Origin: Hyphochytrium catenoides | Taxonomy: Eukaryota; Protista; Hyphochytriomycota | Direction of reading: 5' to 3' | DNA length: 64,000 nt | NCBI GenBank assembly: GCA_900088475.1 | Contig: FLMG01000904.1 | Span: 90,917 to 154,916, forward strand | Shown: piece after piece, positions 37,397 to 49,800 of the stretch | Layout of the letters: every line of letters begins with the position of its first letter | Numbering within the stretch: the first letter of the stretch is position 1 | Notes under the pieces: generated by a model | The model's database searches: none | What the model saw: only the letters and a program-made list of their open reading frames with translations | Told to the model about the DNA's origin: nothing | Program-made: the position numbers and the translations under genes

Positions 37397-39272
37397 CCCA
37401 AGGAAGCGTCACAGAGGGAAGGTTGACAGGGAGTAGTAATACTATCGCTGTCCTCTATAGAATCGACTGGGATGATGGTAGTAATAGTGCTCCTCATAGA
37501 CCTGAGTCTGATCAAAGCTGCTGCTGATTCACACGACACCGATACAAATATTTCCATGCCTCTTCGTAAGATTGGAAGCTTTCATAATGCGTCTATGATT
37601 TATCCCTGGTATTCTATTGCGCCATTATTTCGGTGAAGAGAAACTTATTTGCAGGAGAATTCAAAGGGTTAGAGATGGTTCATCTGGGAAATGTATACAT
37701 CATCCTACTGTGTATTACTACTACGGAACTCTCTATAAGGATATAGTTATTTTATTTGACGCGTATTACTACGCCGCGCTGGCTTTGGGAAGGAAAATTT
37801 AGTCCCTTGTGTAATATTTGGCGTGTGGTGGGTGGGACTAAGAAGCGCTCCTCACACCCAGGCGGCAGCACTTCAGAAGAGGCAGTCACATCTGGATCAG
37901 GTGGGTCGTAGTAGTAGGTAGAAGGAAATACACAGATTATCTATAGCACTTTGGGAGTTGTAGTAATAGAACTATGTTCCGAGCCCGTAGGTTCCATGCG
38001 CTGCTGTGTGTCCAGCCTTGTGGGTCTCGTACCTGTTGCCATTGGAGCTATGAGCTATGAGCGACACCGTCCAGTACGCACACGTATACGACGTTTGTTC
38101 GGTGGTGTACCGAGATAAGATACGAAAGATACGGATGGGGCGTTACAGCTTCCCCACGGCGGCTTTAGGGCTTTGCGTCTGATCCTGCTGCTGCTTCTGG
38201 GGCCGCCTTCTTCTCGCCATCAGCATGTCATCATCCACGCCATCTACGAGTTCTAAGTTACGTCCTCCTATCATCGCTTGTGGCAGTTATAAATGACTCC
38301 AATAGCTCAATAATGAATGCTTCGACGGCCAGCAGCTTTTCAACAAGAGAAACAGTTTGGACATGAGCCAGAGGTAGACGGTGGATGTCTCTGGCATGAA
38401 GAGAGTCATACTTGTTGCGTCTAGTAGTGTGGCTGCGCCGTCTCACTTCTATTTTCATTCTATGACCTCACTATCGGTCACATTGCCCGATTGTTCCTAT
38501 GAGAGTTGTCCCAGAACGGTCTACGTCCGCATGTGGGCTTGCATGTGGCCTTCCCCTTGGTAGGGATAGGTTTGCCGTCAACCTTATAACGTCTGATCTA
38601 TAAAACTACTACTTTTCCATGGCTTCGTAGGAGTCTACCTAGCGATAAATAGACGTTCTCGTTAGATAGTTCTACTATGGGCCGAGTGGTACTGGACAGG
38701 TCTATCAACAAGACAGATAGACAAAGTGATGAAAGATATAAGGACTAAATGTGAATCTAAACCCATTTACAACGATGCACTGGGCTGCACTTGTACTGAA
38801 CATTCCTGTCTCGGCCTCGCTCTCTCTTCTCTCGATAATATGGTCCAGGCCCACCCTTCCCTCTCGGCGGTCTCGATTGTTTTCTTGTCTCATTTAGATG
38901 GCAGTAGCTGCAAATCTCATTGCGTGATATGCATCATATCTAAAGCCGAAAAGCACATACGGATAACTGCTAACGAGGTCTGATGACCGTTTATCGGTCT
39001 CGACGATTGATTGATTTAGAGAGAACAAGTCATAGAGGTAACAAAACTATCATCCGATGTTATCATCTTGACCGTGCCAGGGGCAGAGAATATATCTCTG
39101 GAGGTGGAAAAAAGCCGATGTGGAAATAAAGGAAGAGGATCGTCTTAAAACAGTCAGTCAGAGATAAAATGCGGAATGCCGTCACTGTGACCAACTGTCA
39201 TTGTGCAAGTAGAGGGGAGAACTGAGAGGAACAGTTGTAGAGGGATAAAACTCTGACTGCAGGCTACACAGT

Positions 39273-42200
39273 CTATATTTGTGAGGGAGCGTCGCATGCC
39301 GACCATCCTTCATAAATAGCACTACTAATAGACACGCAGAAGGTGTCCCTATCTACCAAGAGAGGTAGTAGCGAAGCCAGCGTCACAGTCATCAAGGCAA
39401 CGCTTAATAATATGTCATTCGCCTCGTCAGCTGGAGGAAGTGATACCTGGTTCTGGCCTTGACTGCGGGCCTGTGCGGCACTGTGCAGCACAGAAGCACT
39501 ATATATTGACAGTGAGACTTCTCTTGCCTTGGACAGTGCTGGAACTTCGCAGGCGGACCGCTTCACATCGCCAGCACCATCGGACAGCCTCTGATAAGTC
39601 AGAGGACAGAGCATCAAACTATCGACGGCTTGAATCAGAACCCAAGGATGGTCCTGATGTAGCAGTTCCACGATAGCACCCAGATCCCAAAGCTCACCAC
39701 TCGACTCAGCAATGTCCAGCATTTCTTCGTCTAGAAGTCCAGTCCGACGGCCATTTGCGGGTGCTAGAGCAGTTTGGCCGTTCCCATGGAGTGCCTTGCC
39801 CAAAGAACTTTGTCCATGAATCTCTAAATCCAAAATGATAGCTTCTGTCATTAACCGTCGACAATGTTCCACGTGGTGAGGACCACAGCGCTTGTACGTC
39901 AATAGGAAGAGGGCCCTGCTTAGAAGCTTCTGAAGATTGGTCATGAGGGCTCTCGTTTCGCCCGGAGAAGTGCTTCCAGCCTGTCGGACCACCTCAGAGA
40001 GCGCCACTAAGCCCTCCCTGGTACAACCTAGTGCCAGCAAAAGGAAGGCCAAACTGAGCCTAATTTCTGCAAGTCGTCGGTGGCATATTGGTTCTTCGAA
40101 CTCCTTCCATTCCCCACCGCCGGTCAATAGGGACTCAACGGTCGGTATCAGTGTCGCTCCTCGCTGTTGGTCACGGAATGCGATGTAGTGTCCATCGAAG
40201 AGAGACTCAATGCCTTGAAGATTTGCTTGAACAAAGCACTTTAAGGCTGAGTCCGCAGAGGACTTGACGTTTTGTGCATCCAGACAAATTCTAGCCACAA
40301 CCACCTGGCGAACTATATCCTGGACTTCGGGTGACATGGAGAATTCCTTGCCCTGCAGCCATGCGGCCCCATCCTCAGTGTCCTCTTGGGCAAATTGTAA
40401 AGCTTCAGAGTCCAGAATCTCGGTGAGAAATGTCAGAGACGAGCGACGACGCTGCTGGCGATGCCCTTGTGACCTAATGGGGAGCGCTGAAGCTAGTTTA
40501 GCATCGCACAGAGCCCTCAAAACCAACGCGAGCAGTTCCCGACAATCCTTGTCACTATACTCTATCTTACTGCCGCGGTACATCTCCATTAAACTGGCAA
40601 AGCTTCCTAACGCTGCCTACAGTCATTGAGTTGGAACAAGGCTCAACGGGTGCCAGTATAGATAAGTTGATCGGAGGAGGGCTGACTCACCTGATAGTGT
40701 TCAGATCCTATTCCGGGAGGCCGAAGTAAGGTACAACAGAAGATAATGAAGGACACTACACATTCAATATCAAGGTTCTCAGGTCCAACCACCTCCTGGT
40801 ATATTTTCTCCAGGCTGACTTCGACAAGATGGCTGAGGTAACTGTCATGTTGATAAGTCTCCTCCTTAGGTTTAGGGTTCTTCGCTCTATCTTGGAAAGC
40901 ATTCTCAACTGCATACGCAAGCCTATTAAGAAGGCTCCTCTCGTCCTCTTGTGAACCTCTATAACGTGAGGATTGAAGCACCGACTGGAGTAGTGCAAAC
41001 TTCAAAGGGGCAGCTTTAGGTGGAGTTGCCAGTACTACTCGAAGAAGCTCTTCATGGCTGGATCTTTCTTTTGAGTCTCCAAACGAATCAGGGTCCAAAT
41101 CTAGGAGACTCGACACCATGAGATTAATTTCGCTCTTCAGAGGCCCAGTCAAGGGAAACAGTCGTTCCTTCGCCAGCTCTAGTCCAAGAAGCTGCTCGGG
41201 TGGCATAGTGGATGTTATCAATATAGTATAGGTCTTGGTTTCTGCAAAAGTGCGCCGAACAAGCTGCAGTTGCGAGAGACTGTTCACATCATCAATCACG
41301 ACGAAGCAAGGGGAGCTATCATGCGTGAGGCCCTGGGTCCTGAACTCCATTAAAGTCTCGAAAGCTGTCTGCTCCAATCCTGTAGAATCCGTGCGCATCT
41401 TTGAGGCCGCCAGAACAGCCAGTTCTTGAGAAAGGCTTGTCACTGAGCCACCTTTCAGCATAGTATACTGTTAGTTTAGCGATTTTCTTTGCTGTCCATA
41501 ATCTTTCCCACCTGCTGGTAGCCAGACTGTCTCCTGGAATATGCCGTACTTCCTCACCCTGTCCATTACATGGGCTGCAGCGGTCGACTTGCCGCTGAGC
41601 GGTGCTAACTCCATAAGCGTCAGGTTCGCTATCGCTAGGTTTAAGGTACGATGAAAGAAGATACTCACCACCAAAGAGAACAAAAGGACAGACAGCTCCT
41701 GTTGGGTATGTCGACTGTGCTCGCAAGGATATACAACAGGAAAGACTTTCCAACAGGTCATCTCGGCCAAAGAAAAATTGATCTAGATAATGTGATGGGA
41801 CTTCCCTGCGGCGGTGGAAGGCGTGACCCCACATGGCAAGGTATTATCCCGGGTAGCAGGCGATTTACCAGAACGACTCCTTTGCAAGCGATCCAGGGCT
41901 GGCTAGCGTTAAAAGGATGTCACTGCGAGCTTTCTCATGCTCTGTGTCATGCTCGGCCTTGGCTAAAGTATTCCTGACTTCTTTATCCATCTTCCGCCCA
42001 ACTTCCAAGGCGGACTCAGAATAGGTAAAGAAGGGCAAAAACCCTAATTGGCGGACAGTAATAAGTAAGAGCAGTGCTTAGCCATAGGCAACGGACTCTA
42101 CTCCAAGCCACAGCTCCCTTACCATGACTCAGCCGTGTGGCCAATGTCTGCAAATCACGGCATGATTCGTCCAACGTCCTCCAGCTCTGAATGGCTTCCC

Positions 42201-43380
42201 AGACATGCTCGACCTCCTCCTCGTCTCTATGGCTGTCGCTAGATCGTCCTTGGAGTTGTGAGGACTCTAGAGAGGCACGATAACCGGACCATGACTATAT
42301 TCAATAAGCCATCGTCAGAAGTGGTTATCTTCGTATGTCTTGGGTGATGATGCATACCTTGAGATCCTTCATTTCCTCTAAGGACGTCCGCCGGAATCCT
42401 CCGGATACGATTGAGTCGGATAGGCGAGAGTCACGATATCCCTAACCAAGAGGGTGTAAGACTTGGTACGCGACATGGCGCGGTAGGACTACTAGCTTTG
42501 ATAGAGACGATAGGCGGACCGAGCACAGTAGCAATGCCAAGCATGACGACCAGAGCGCTATAAAAACATGCTTAGCGTAGCTGTAAGCACCTCTGTGGAT
42601 TCCTGAATGAGCGTCTCCAGGACTACGATGGAGTGTGCCAGCACCGCAAGGGCCAGCTCAGACTGCGTGACTGCAAGCTGCTTGCTCGCGGCCCCTGAGC
42701 GATGAATTTCTAGCACAATGGTCTACGCGTAGGTACATCAGCCAACTGATTAGGACATAGCTACGGAACAATATGCTTACCTGCAAGCGAGAGAGTTCCA
42801 TGAGAGTCTCGTACACCACTTTATCCACATCGTTCCAGTCCTCAGAATCGGCGCGCCCTACGAAACCCACCCTCCAGAACACCTTGATAAGCGAGGATAA
42901 GTACCAGACAGTCTTGAGTGCCTCAGTGGGTGGCAGAGCGTCGATAATAAGGCAGGAGGTTACATAGTTTCTTGTCTGAATAGCGTCAACAAAGAACTGG
43001 CGCAGAGTCTCTTCGTCAAGCAGGGAATGCTCTGGACAAGTGTTGGCATATAACTGCCTCTCTACTTCACCGAGGCCCAGTTCTTGTACGATTGCCTCTT
43101 GGGCAGCGGCAAACAACGGCTTCTTTTCTTCAGCAATATGTCTTATCTCATTTTCGTACACCCCAAGAAGAGAGCGAAGGCTCAGATTTGTGTCCAGCTT
43201 AGCCTCAATAAGCACTTCGGCCTCGGCGGAAAGAGAGCTCGCGCTCTTCTCCGAAGAGTGTAAAGTCGTAGTCGATTCAGTGAGCAGAGCTCGAAAAGTC
43301 AATGTGAGAGCTGCCTCCGTGATCTGGAAGGCTCTCCATAATAGGGAACCAATCACCTCCTCTGCCTTAAGTTCCAGCAT
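39273..43380 (-). CDS. STAND NTPase (NB-ARC-like, NLR-like) with N-terminal helical domain and C-terminal helical-repeat-like region
   Basis: Spliced product contains FW|EVPSHYLDQFFFGRDDLLESL, Walker A LFG|APLSGKST, Walker B FVVIDDV and sensor-like ILITST. The ATG at 43380 is preceded by an in-frame TGA. The 3' end is uncertain; extra exons may extend it to about 38894. Confidence 0.75.
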
Positions 43381-44385
43381 GACTCAACACTGAACCCTAC
43401 GAAGCGAGGGAGAGCCTCTTCCGCCAAACTGTCAGCACTAGACGTTCTGATTGTCGAACAATCAACGCGTGACGCCCTTGCATCGCGATATCATGGCCTG
43501 ATCTCCCACATGGAGCACTATGATATAGCTCGAAAGTGGATTCCCCAATGCCCAGAGAGTGGACAGGCAACGACGAAAGAACCAGAATAGAACTCTGGCG
43601 TTCCTTGGCTCCTTGATGGCCCGCTTGCCGTTGCCTTAAGCGGCAATAGGAGTTTGGGGCTACGTGAGAGCACAAGGGAAGGTGTATTAGCTCTGGCGGT
43701 AAGCTGCGGGGAGGAAGGAATGCAGGCGTCGAGAGCTGCAGAGGCGATCTTTTGTTGGGTCGTTGAGTCGTTGGCTTCCGCTCTCCTTCATCGCTGCTTG
43801 CCACTTGCCCTGTAGTAGTTGTTATACCGCTGTAACGGCAGTACTGCTTGTCTGTCTCTTGCTTTGTCGCTTCAGCTCTGACTTTTGATTGATGTCTCAT
43901 GCCGCTGGGTCCACAGTCAGCAGTCAGCAGTTAGCAGCACCTCCTCGGTGGTCAGGTCGTCTAGCTGCTCCTGCTGCTGCGGCTGCTTCTCCAGGTGCTG
44001 CTGGTTCTGCTGCCTGTGAGACTTTGTCATTAGTAAGGCTGACTGGCAGCACGGGCCTGGTAGCAGGCATTACCTCGCATTTTTTTAGGAAGCAAATATG
44101 GATGAATAGGCTTTTGTCGATGAGCTCCAAGCACAGTGGCCGCCCATTTTTATCCTGCTACTCACGGTTTTGCAAGTAGCTCCTGCTTCATAGAGGGGAA
44201 AACTTTGCTGGTCCAGCCTACGTCCACATTTACGGCGAAACCAGTCGCCCCTGACTGCACCGTCAAGTGAGCATTCCTCTTGAGTGCCGCAGGGTAGGCC
44301 ATCTAGGGGTAATCACCTCAAACCCCGGTCCACTCTCTGGTGAGACTTTTGATAGGAAGGGGTCTTAGGAGAGGCGGGGTTCAAC

Positions 44386-44996
44386 ATGGCCAGGACTCCG
44401 TGGATGTCAGTGCTCTATAGTCCCTTATCTAGAAGAGTTCAGCGCTCTCGTCAGTCCGCCTTTCAGCGGCCGATGACCTATCATAGACTTCAACGTAATA
44501 CTTTGCCCATCTACGACATTCCTACGCCATTGTTACGCTTATGCAGTGTAAGGACAAGAAGCTTTAGCACCGCAGGGCATGGGGACGAGGAGGAGACAGT
44601 TCTATTGATTAAGGTACGCAATATTAAGGTACGCGAAGCTATTGGTGGCAAGATGGGAGTATAACCGCTAAGCGCTACTGTAGGAAGTCTTAGAGGAGAA
44701 GGTTAAACCCTATGTTCACAGCGATGGCGGGGACGTAGAGTTCTGCGGGTTCGACCCAGCAAATGGGACTGTCTACATCAGATTGCTCGGCGCCTGCATC
44801 TCCTGTTCGAGTTCCACTGTCACCCTCAGGTAGCGTTGCCGAGAGAGAGCACGTCAAAGCCGCTACCATCATCCCTGATGCTTACCTCGGGTAACACAGG
44901 TTCAGAATCGAGAACGTCTTGAAGCACTATGTAGAAGAAGTTAACGAAGTGAAGGCAGTGGAACATCCAAACGAGGAAGTGGAAGACGAGGGCTAA
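44386..44996 (+). CDS. Mitochondrial Nfu-type Fe-S cluster carrier (NifU C-terminal domain only), 3 exons
   Basis: Arg/Ser-rich presequence, then spliced EVLEEKVKPYVHSDGGDVEFCGFDPANGTVYIRLLGACISCSSSTVTLR|FRIENVLKHYVEEVNEV, with the DGGD and CxxC motifs. Confidence 0.92.
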
Positions 44997-45164
44997 TGCT
45001 CAACTCAGCGTGGGCTTGAACCAAGGAGCTTGGTTTGCTGCAACGGCCGTTCGGACCACAGTCTTTCAGACCTGTGGTGCTCGACAGAGCTGTAGTGAAG
45101 TTCATATGCCCGGGAAAATCTGCCGCCTTTGGTGCTGCTGCTTGTCCCTCTGAGCCGCTCGACT

Positions 45165-46241
45165 TTACTTTAGTCCAACATGTTCATGCGCGTATGTCTT
45201 CTGACAGCCACCGAGCCCACAGTCATAGTAGTCGACACCATCATCTTCATCGTCTGAGGGTTGATCAGTACGGACTACGGCCTCTGCCAGACTCCTATTC
45301 TGCTCTGCAAGCCAAGCCAAGTCAGCAGGATCCAGATGCTCCATCAACACTCGCGTCTGCTCCATATACTCTACGACTAGGTCCAAGCAGAGATTGAGGT
45401 CTTGTTCCGCTACTTCGAAGGGCTGCCGAGGTATCTCACCCTTGTACGAAACAAATACTACCAGCCCTGGTTCAGATGTAGACCACCGCCTCTCTAGGTA
45501 GCTTGATATTGACCGCAGAAGTAAAGCTCTTTGGGTGGCTGCGTACTCCATTCGCCCATCGGCAAGACCGGATGGAAGAGAGAGGTCAATGGACTGCCTA
45601 TCCGTTATTATGAACTTTGTCCCTTTGTACTTGGAGGCAAAAGAATCAAAAAAAGACGCTATTTCTCTTCGGTTTTCTCTGCCTTGAAAGTCACTAAAGA
45701 CCACGACCAGCCTAGGAAACAATATATGGGGAAAAGTAGCCGAAGAGCATTCTGCGTCATCCCCTAAAGCGGTCAGTCGCCCCAGGCCCGCGCAGGCGGT
45801 CAGTCGGCTTTCTCGATGATCCTCTCCAATCAATTCTTGTGTTTGCTGCTGAGCTTCTTTTAGCCTAGCGATTGCCAATGAACGGATGAACTCTTCATCT
45901 TCCTCATCGTCAAAGTCGTCGTCTTCGGAGTCTGTATCTGGTTGTGATCTCTTGTTTTCATTTGCTTTGTGAAGATGAGAGCTATCTTTCGGAGGACCTG
46001 CATCATGATGACCATCACAGCAGTGAGCTCCGCCAGCGCTGGTTTGATCCATATGACTTGAGCGGCCGGCATGCCATGTCCAGCTTTGTACTTCTCTCTT
46101 TTGTTGAAGCCTCTTCTCCGCCACATCATGCTTGCGGAGCTCCTCCCGCAACGCAAACTCTTTCCTCTCCCTTTGAAGCTCCCTCGCACAACAGGAATCT
46201 AGCGAAGGGTCAAGCCCGAACTGGTGGTCGCTAAGTTCCAT
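45165..46241 (-). CDS. Putative phosducin/thioredoxin-like protein with terminal Cys/His motifs, intronless
   Basis: Uninterrupted ORF of about 358 aa from MELSDHQFG. Acidic stretch plus helix (DDEEDEEFIRSLAIARLKE), then LVVVFSD...FFDSFASKYKGTKFI, as in phosducin-like proteins. N-terminal DSCC and C-terminal CGLGGCQKTYAHEH. Confidence 0.6.
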   Translation of the reverse strand: MELSDHQFGLDPSLDSCCARELQRERKEFALREELRKHDVAEKRLQQKREVQSWTWHAGRSSHMDQTSAGGAHCCDGHHDAGPPKDSSHLHKANENKRSQPDTDSEDDDFDDEEDEEFIRSLAIARLKEAQQQTQELIGEDHRESRLTACAGLGRLTALGDDAECSSATFPHILFPRLVVVFSDFQGRENRREIASFFDSFASKYKGTKFIITDRQSIDLSLPSGLADGRMEYAATQRALLLRSISSYLERRWSTSEPGLVVFVSYKGEIPRQPFEVAEQDLNLCLDLVVEYMEQTRVLMEHLDPADLAWLAEQNRSLAEAVVRTDQPSDDEDDGVDYYDCGLGGCQKTYAHEHVGLK

Positions 46242-46699
46242 GTTATTCAAGCAACCGCAATCCGCAATGTTCACGATCAGTTCAGTTACGGACAGTTAAC
46301 CGATGCAACCAATCTTCAAAGCGAAAGGAGTGATTGTCTTCTTTGCTATTCGTAGTCCGTTGACCTCTTTCTGCTGTACTCTCAAGAATTACCTATGAGG
46401 AGAGAGACCGCGTTGCTGGAGGCGAGGATACCTACGACTAGAACGATCAAGTGCGTCTGCTGGTTCTGCGTCTCGGCGGTCTGCAGGTTCAAACTCCAAA
46501 GCTTCAGGCCTTTCAGGATCTTCATAAATCTTGGCTTTGAGCTTTGACACCACTCCTCAACTCTCTATTTTGGTGCTCGTCTAATATAAGATCGTATTCC
46601 CCCTTTAGCCCACCTACTAATAACTATAGCAACTAGAAGGGCTATGTGAGAATGAAGATAGCAATTTAAAAGGCCTCCACCTTTTGAGCCCCCTTACAG

Positions 46700-46937
46700 T
46701 CTCTTGGTCCATCAACCACTGACCGCCCTTTCCAAACTGTGGATGGCGATTCTTATCAACAGAGGGATGACATTGAGGCCGCTGCAGCAGCCAAGCAGAT
46801 CCATTAGGTTCCTTGCAAAGAGATTGGGAAGTTGGTCTGCATGTTTGGACGATGGCTGTTCTATGTTGAACCCGACAGTCAAGAAGCGAGGCATGGATCT
46901 ATAAACCTTGACCACTGCAGGTGTGATGCAGAACATG
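46700..46937 (+). pseudogene. Possible orphan exon, weakly PH-domain-like, with one internal TAG
   Basis: Bounded by TTACAG and GTAAGC. Translates to ...KQIH*VPCKEIGKLVCMFGRWLFYVEPDSQEARHGSINLDHCRC, reminiscent of the PH pattern LxYy...GxIxL. The resemblance is by eye only. Confidence 0.2.
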
Positions 46938-47182
46938 GTAAGCTACCAAGCTTGTTACTGAAGAGCAACCCCTACTTTGCCTCTACTATCGTGCCCATGT
47001 TTGGCCAACGAGGTGGTCTTAAGTTCTCATTAGGTGATGATTGAATGGTGGATGGTGCGATTGGCAAGACTGCAGTTCAGACGACCTAGGGCAGGAGGCT
47101 CACTCCCGCCTCTCTCATAGCAAAGTCGCAAGGTAGTTATGATTGGGGAAATGATCCGGCTTAATGCAATAGAATGAGAGCC

Positions 47183-49800
47183 CTAAACTTGCCACTTTGC
47201 GAAAAAGTCGTTACCCTTGTCATCAACCACAATAAACGCCGGAAAGTTCTCGACTTGGATTTTCCAGACGGCTTCCATTCCAAGCTCTGCGTGGACAAGA
47301 TCCACATAGTATTAGCTATAGAACTGAGCGGGGTGAGATGGGGTAGTCATGCAGCTCGTACCTGGGTATTCTAGGACTTCCACCTTCTTTATGCAATTCT
47401 TGGCAAGGATAGCGGCAGGACCGCCAATAGACCCAAGATAGAAACCGCCATGCTGCTTGCAAGCCTTTGTGACCTGCTCAACAGCGAACGGGAATCATGG
47501 CTCAGCTTTTGGCCCCAGGACCAGCTGGTAGATAACTAGCCTTACCTGCTTGCTACGATTGCCCTTGGCAAGCATCACCAGACTACCTCCACTTGATTGG
47601 AAACGCTCAACATACGAGTCCATTCGTCCTGGTTATGCAGACTTAGTAGGACCAATAAAATAATCAAGAACGTCAAAACGGACCTGCCGTGGTCGGGCCG
47701 AAGGATCCTGACGCGTAGCCCTCGGGCGTCTTAGCTGGACCCGCATAGTAGATAATATGGTCCTTAATGTATTGAGGAAGACCTTCTCCGCTTTCTAGTC
47801 TTTCGAGGATCTTAGCGTGCGCGATGTCTCGTGCAACAACAATGGTGCCAGTGAGGCTTAACCGGGTCCTGACACATTGACGTCAGCTCACCCACAGGAA
47901 CGTCAACAGTGTGACTGTATGACACAAACCGTATGGGGTACTGGGATAACAGCTCTCGGATCTTAACCATTGGCTGATTGAGATCTACGCTTACTGTCTC
48001 GGAAGATAACTGTAAACGGTACATAGAGACCGGCGCCACCTTAGTTGCTTCTAATAACGGCAGAGAAGATGAGGAGTCCTTACCTTGTCTTCCGTGACCT
48101 CCGGCAGATATTTGCCAACATCCGTCTCAAGCTGTTCTAAGAAGATGCCATCCTTTGTGATCTTTGCCTTGGCCTGGCATGACAAGTCAAAACAAGACCT
48201 ACGGAAAGGTTAAGAGTAGCGGGAGGAGCACCTGACGATCCGCAGAGCAGGACACACCAATTCCGACAGGATTTGATGCACCATGTCTTGGTAGGCGGAT
48301 AACCCTAACATCATGGCAGAAGTATTTCCCTCCAAATTGAGCGCCGATGCCCTGAGAAGTCAATCTGGTTAGTACGGCCTGACTTTGGTAAGGCACCTTG
48401 CTGTCTGACGTACCATTTCCTGTGCCAGTTTCAATATCCTTTGCTCCCACTCCAAGTCTCGGAAAGCCCTTCCATACTCATTACCGCTGCAGACACATTG
48501 GGTGAGGAGTGATCTACGGACTATGGAGTTGCTAACACTTCAAACCTGGTGTGCAGCTTGTCATAATATCTTGCCGACGCAAGTTTCACTGTTTTAAGAT
48601 TAAGCTCAGCAGAGAGCCCACCGATCACAACAGCCAGATGGTACGGAGGGCAAGCTGCAGTCCCCAAGGTCTTGATCTTGGCTTCGAGGAACTTCTCGAC
48701 AAAGGGCATGAGCCGTTGATCATTCATGAGGCAAACAACGTAAAGGGCAGTAGAACCTCAAGCAATTTCTTCTCTGTCAACAAAGCTTTCGTCTCCTGGA
48801 AAAGGAATGTCTTATTCGCGGATCCTCCACCCTGCAGGCCAAAACTTAGCACACATCTTAATATCTCTTACTTGAGTTTGGCCTACCTTCGCCATGAAGT
48901 GGAGATGATATTCATTTCCTGCCGTGCCATATATCTCAATCTGAGCCGGGAGGTTCGTCTTGGTATTCGCCTCGTTAAACATATCTATCGCGGTCTGAGG
49001 TGAGCACCTTCACTTCAAGGAAAAAGGCAGGGTTCTTCTTACCAAGAGGAGCGACTTGTGAATAGCGTAAGTTAGTGCCGGTGTATGTGTCATAGACCCC
49101 CTGAGACAGGTGAGACTCATCGCTCCCGTCAGTAAACACATGGACACCGCGCTTTCCCATAATAATGGCGGTTCCAGTGTCCTGACACCCAGGAAGGATC
49201 ATTCCTGAGCCTAGCAGTGATCAACGCTGACATGTAAGTATTGCAAACTGTCATCAAGCGACGCGTAAAGCGTTCTTACTGATATTGGCATTCTTTAATA
49301 GTTCGAGAGCCACGAATCTGTCGTTGCTGGAAGCCTCCGGGTCTTTCAGGATGTTAGACAGCTATGCCGCCCAGCCAAATAGTTCGAAGGCAGCTGGTGA
49401 GGCTGGGCTAATCAGAGATGGGGCAACAACCGGGAGTACCTGCTGAAGGTGTCCTGGCCGCAACAAATGAGCAATGTCGACCATGGCATGTTTTGCCAAA
49501 AGCCGTAGGCCTTCGCCATCGACGTACAGCACCTCTTCTCCTCTTGGGCCCTATTTCAAGCATTTCAAGTAAGTCAGACCAGATAGGTTTCAATGCCACT
49601 TCGGCGCTTCTGACCTTAGCAACCTCCACGTAATCACCGGTGAGCTTCTTGTATGGCGTAGCGTCAGCTTCCTTCGTCTCAAACAACTCTTGGTACTGGA
49701 AGGGCTTGGTGGCCGGTGCTGCTAAATGCCGACGTTGAGTAGTAGATAGGGCCCCCTGCACCCTCTTCCCACCAACCGTTCTTGCGATAGTACGAAGCAT
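47183..49800 (-). CDS. Class I (Fe-S) fumarate hydratase, mitochondrial, multi-exon
   Basis: Presequence [13 protein letters not shown], plus class I motifs [94 protein letters not shown] and [29 protein letters not shown]. Confidence 0.97.

Noticed and set aside
37053-37557. ORFs encoding SLSLSL/HTHT repeats
   Set aside because: Artefacts of the stop-free microsatellite.
46440-46500. GGTTCAAACTCC resembling a tRNA T-loop
   Set aside because: No acceptor stem or cloverleaf could be folded.
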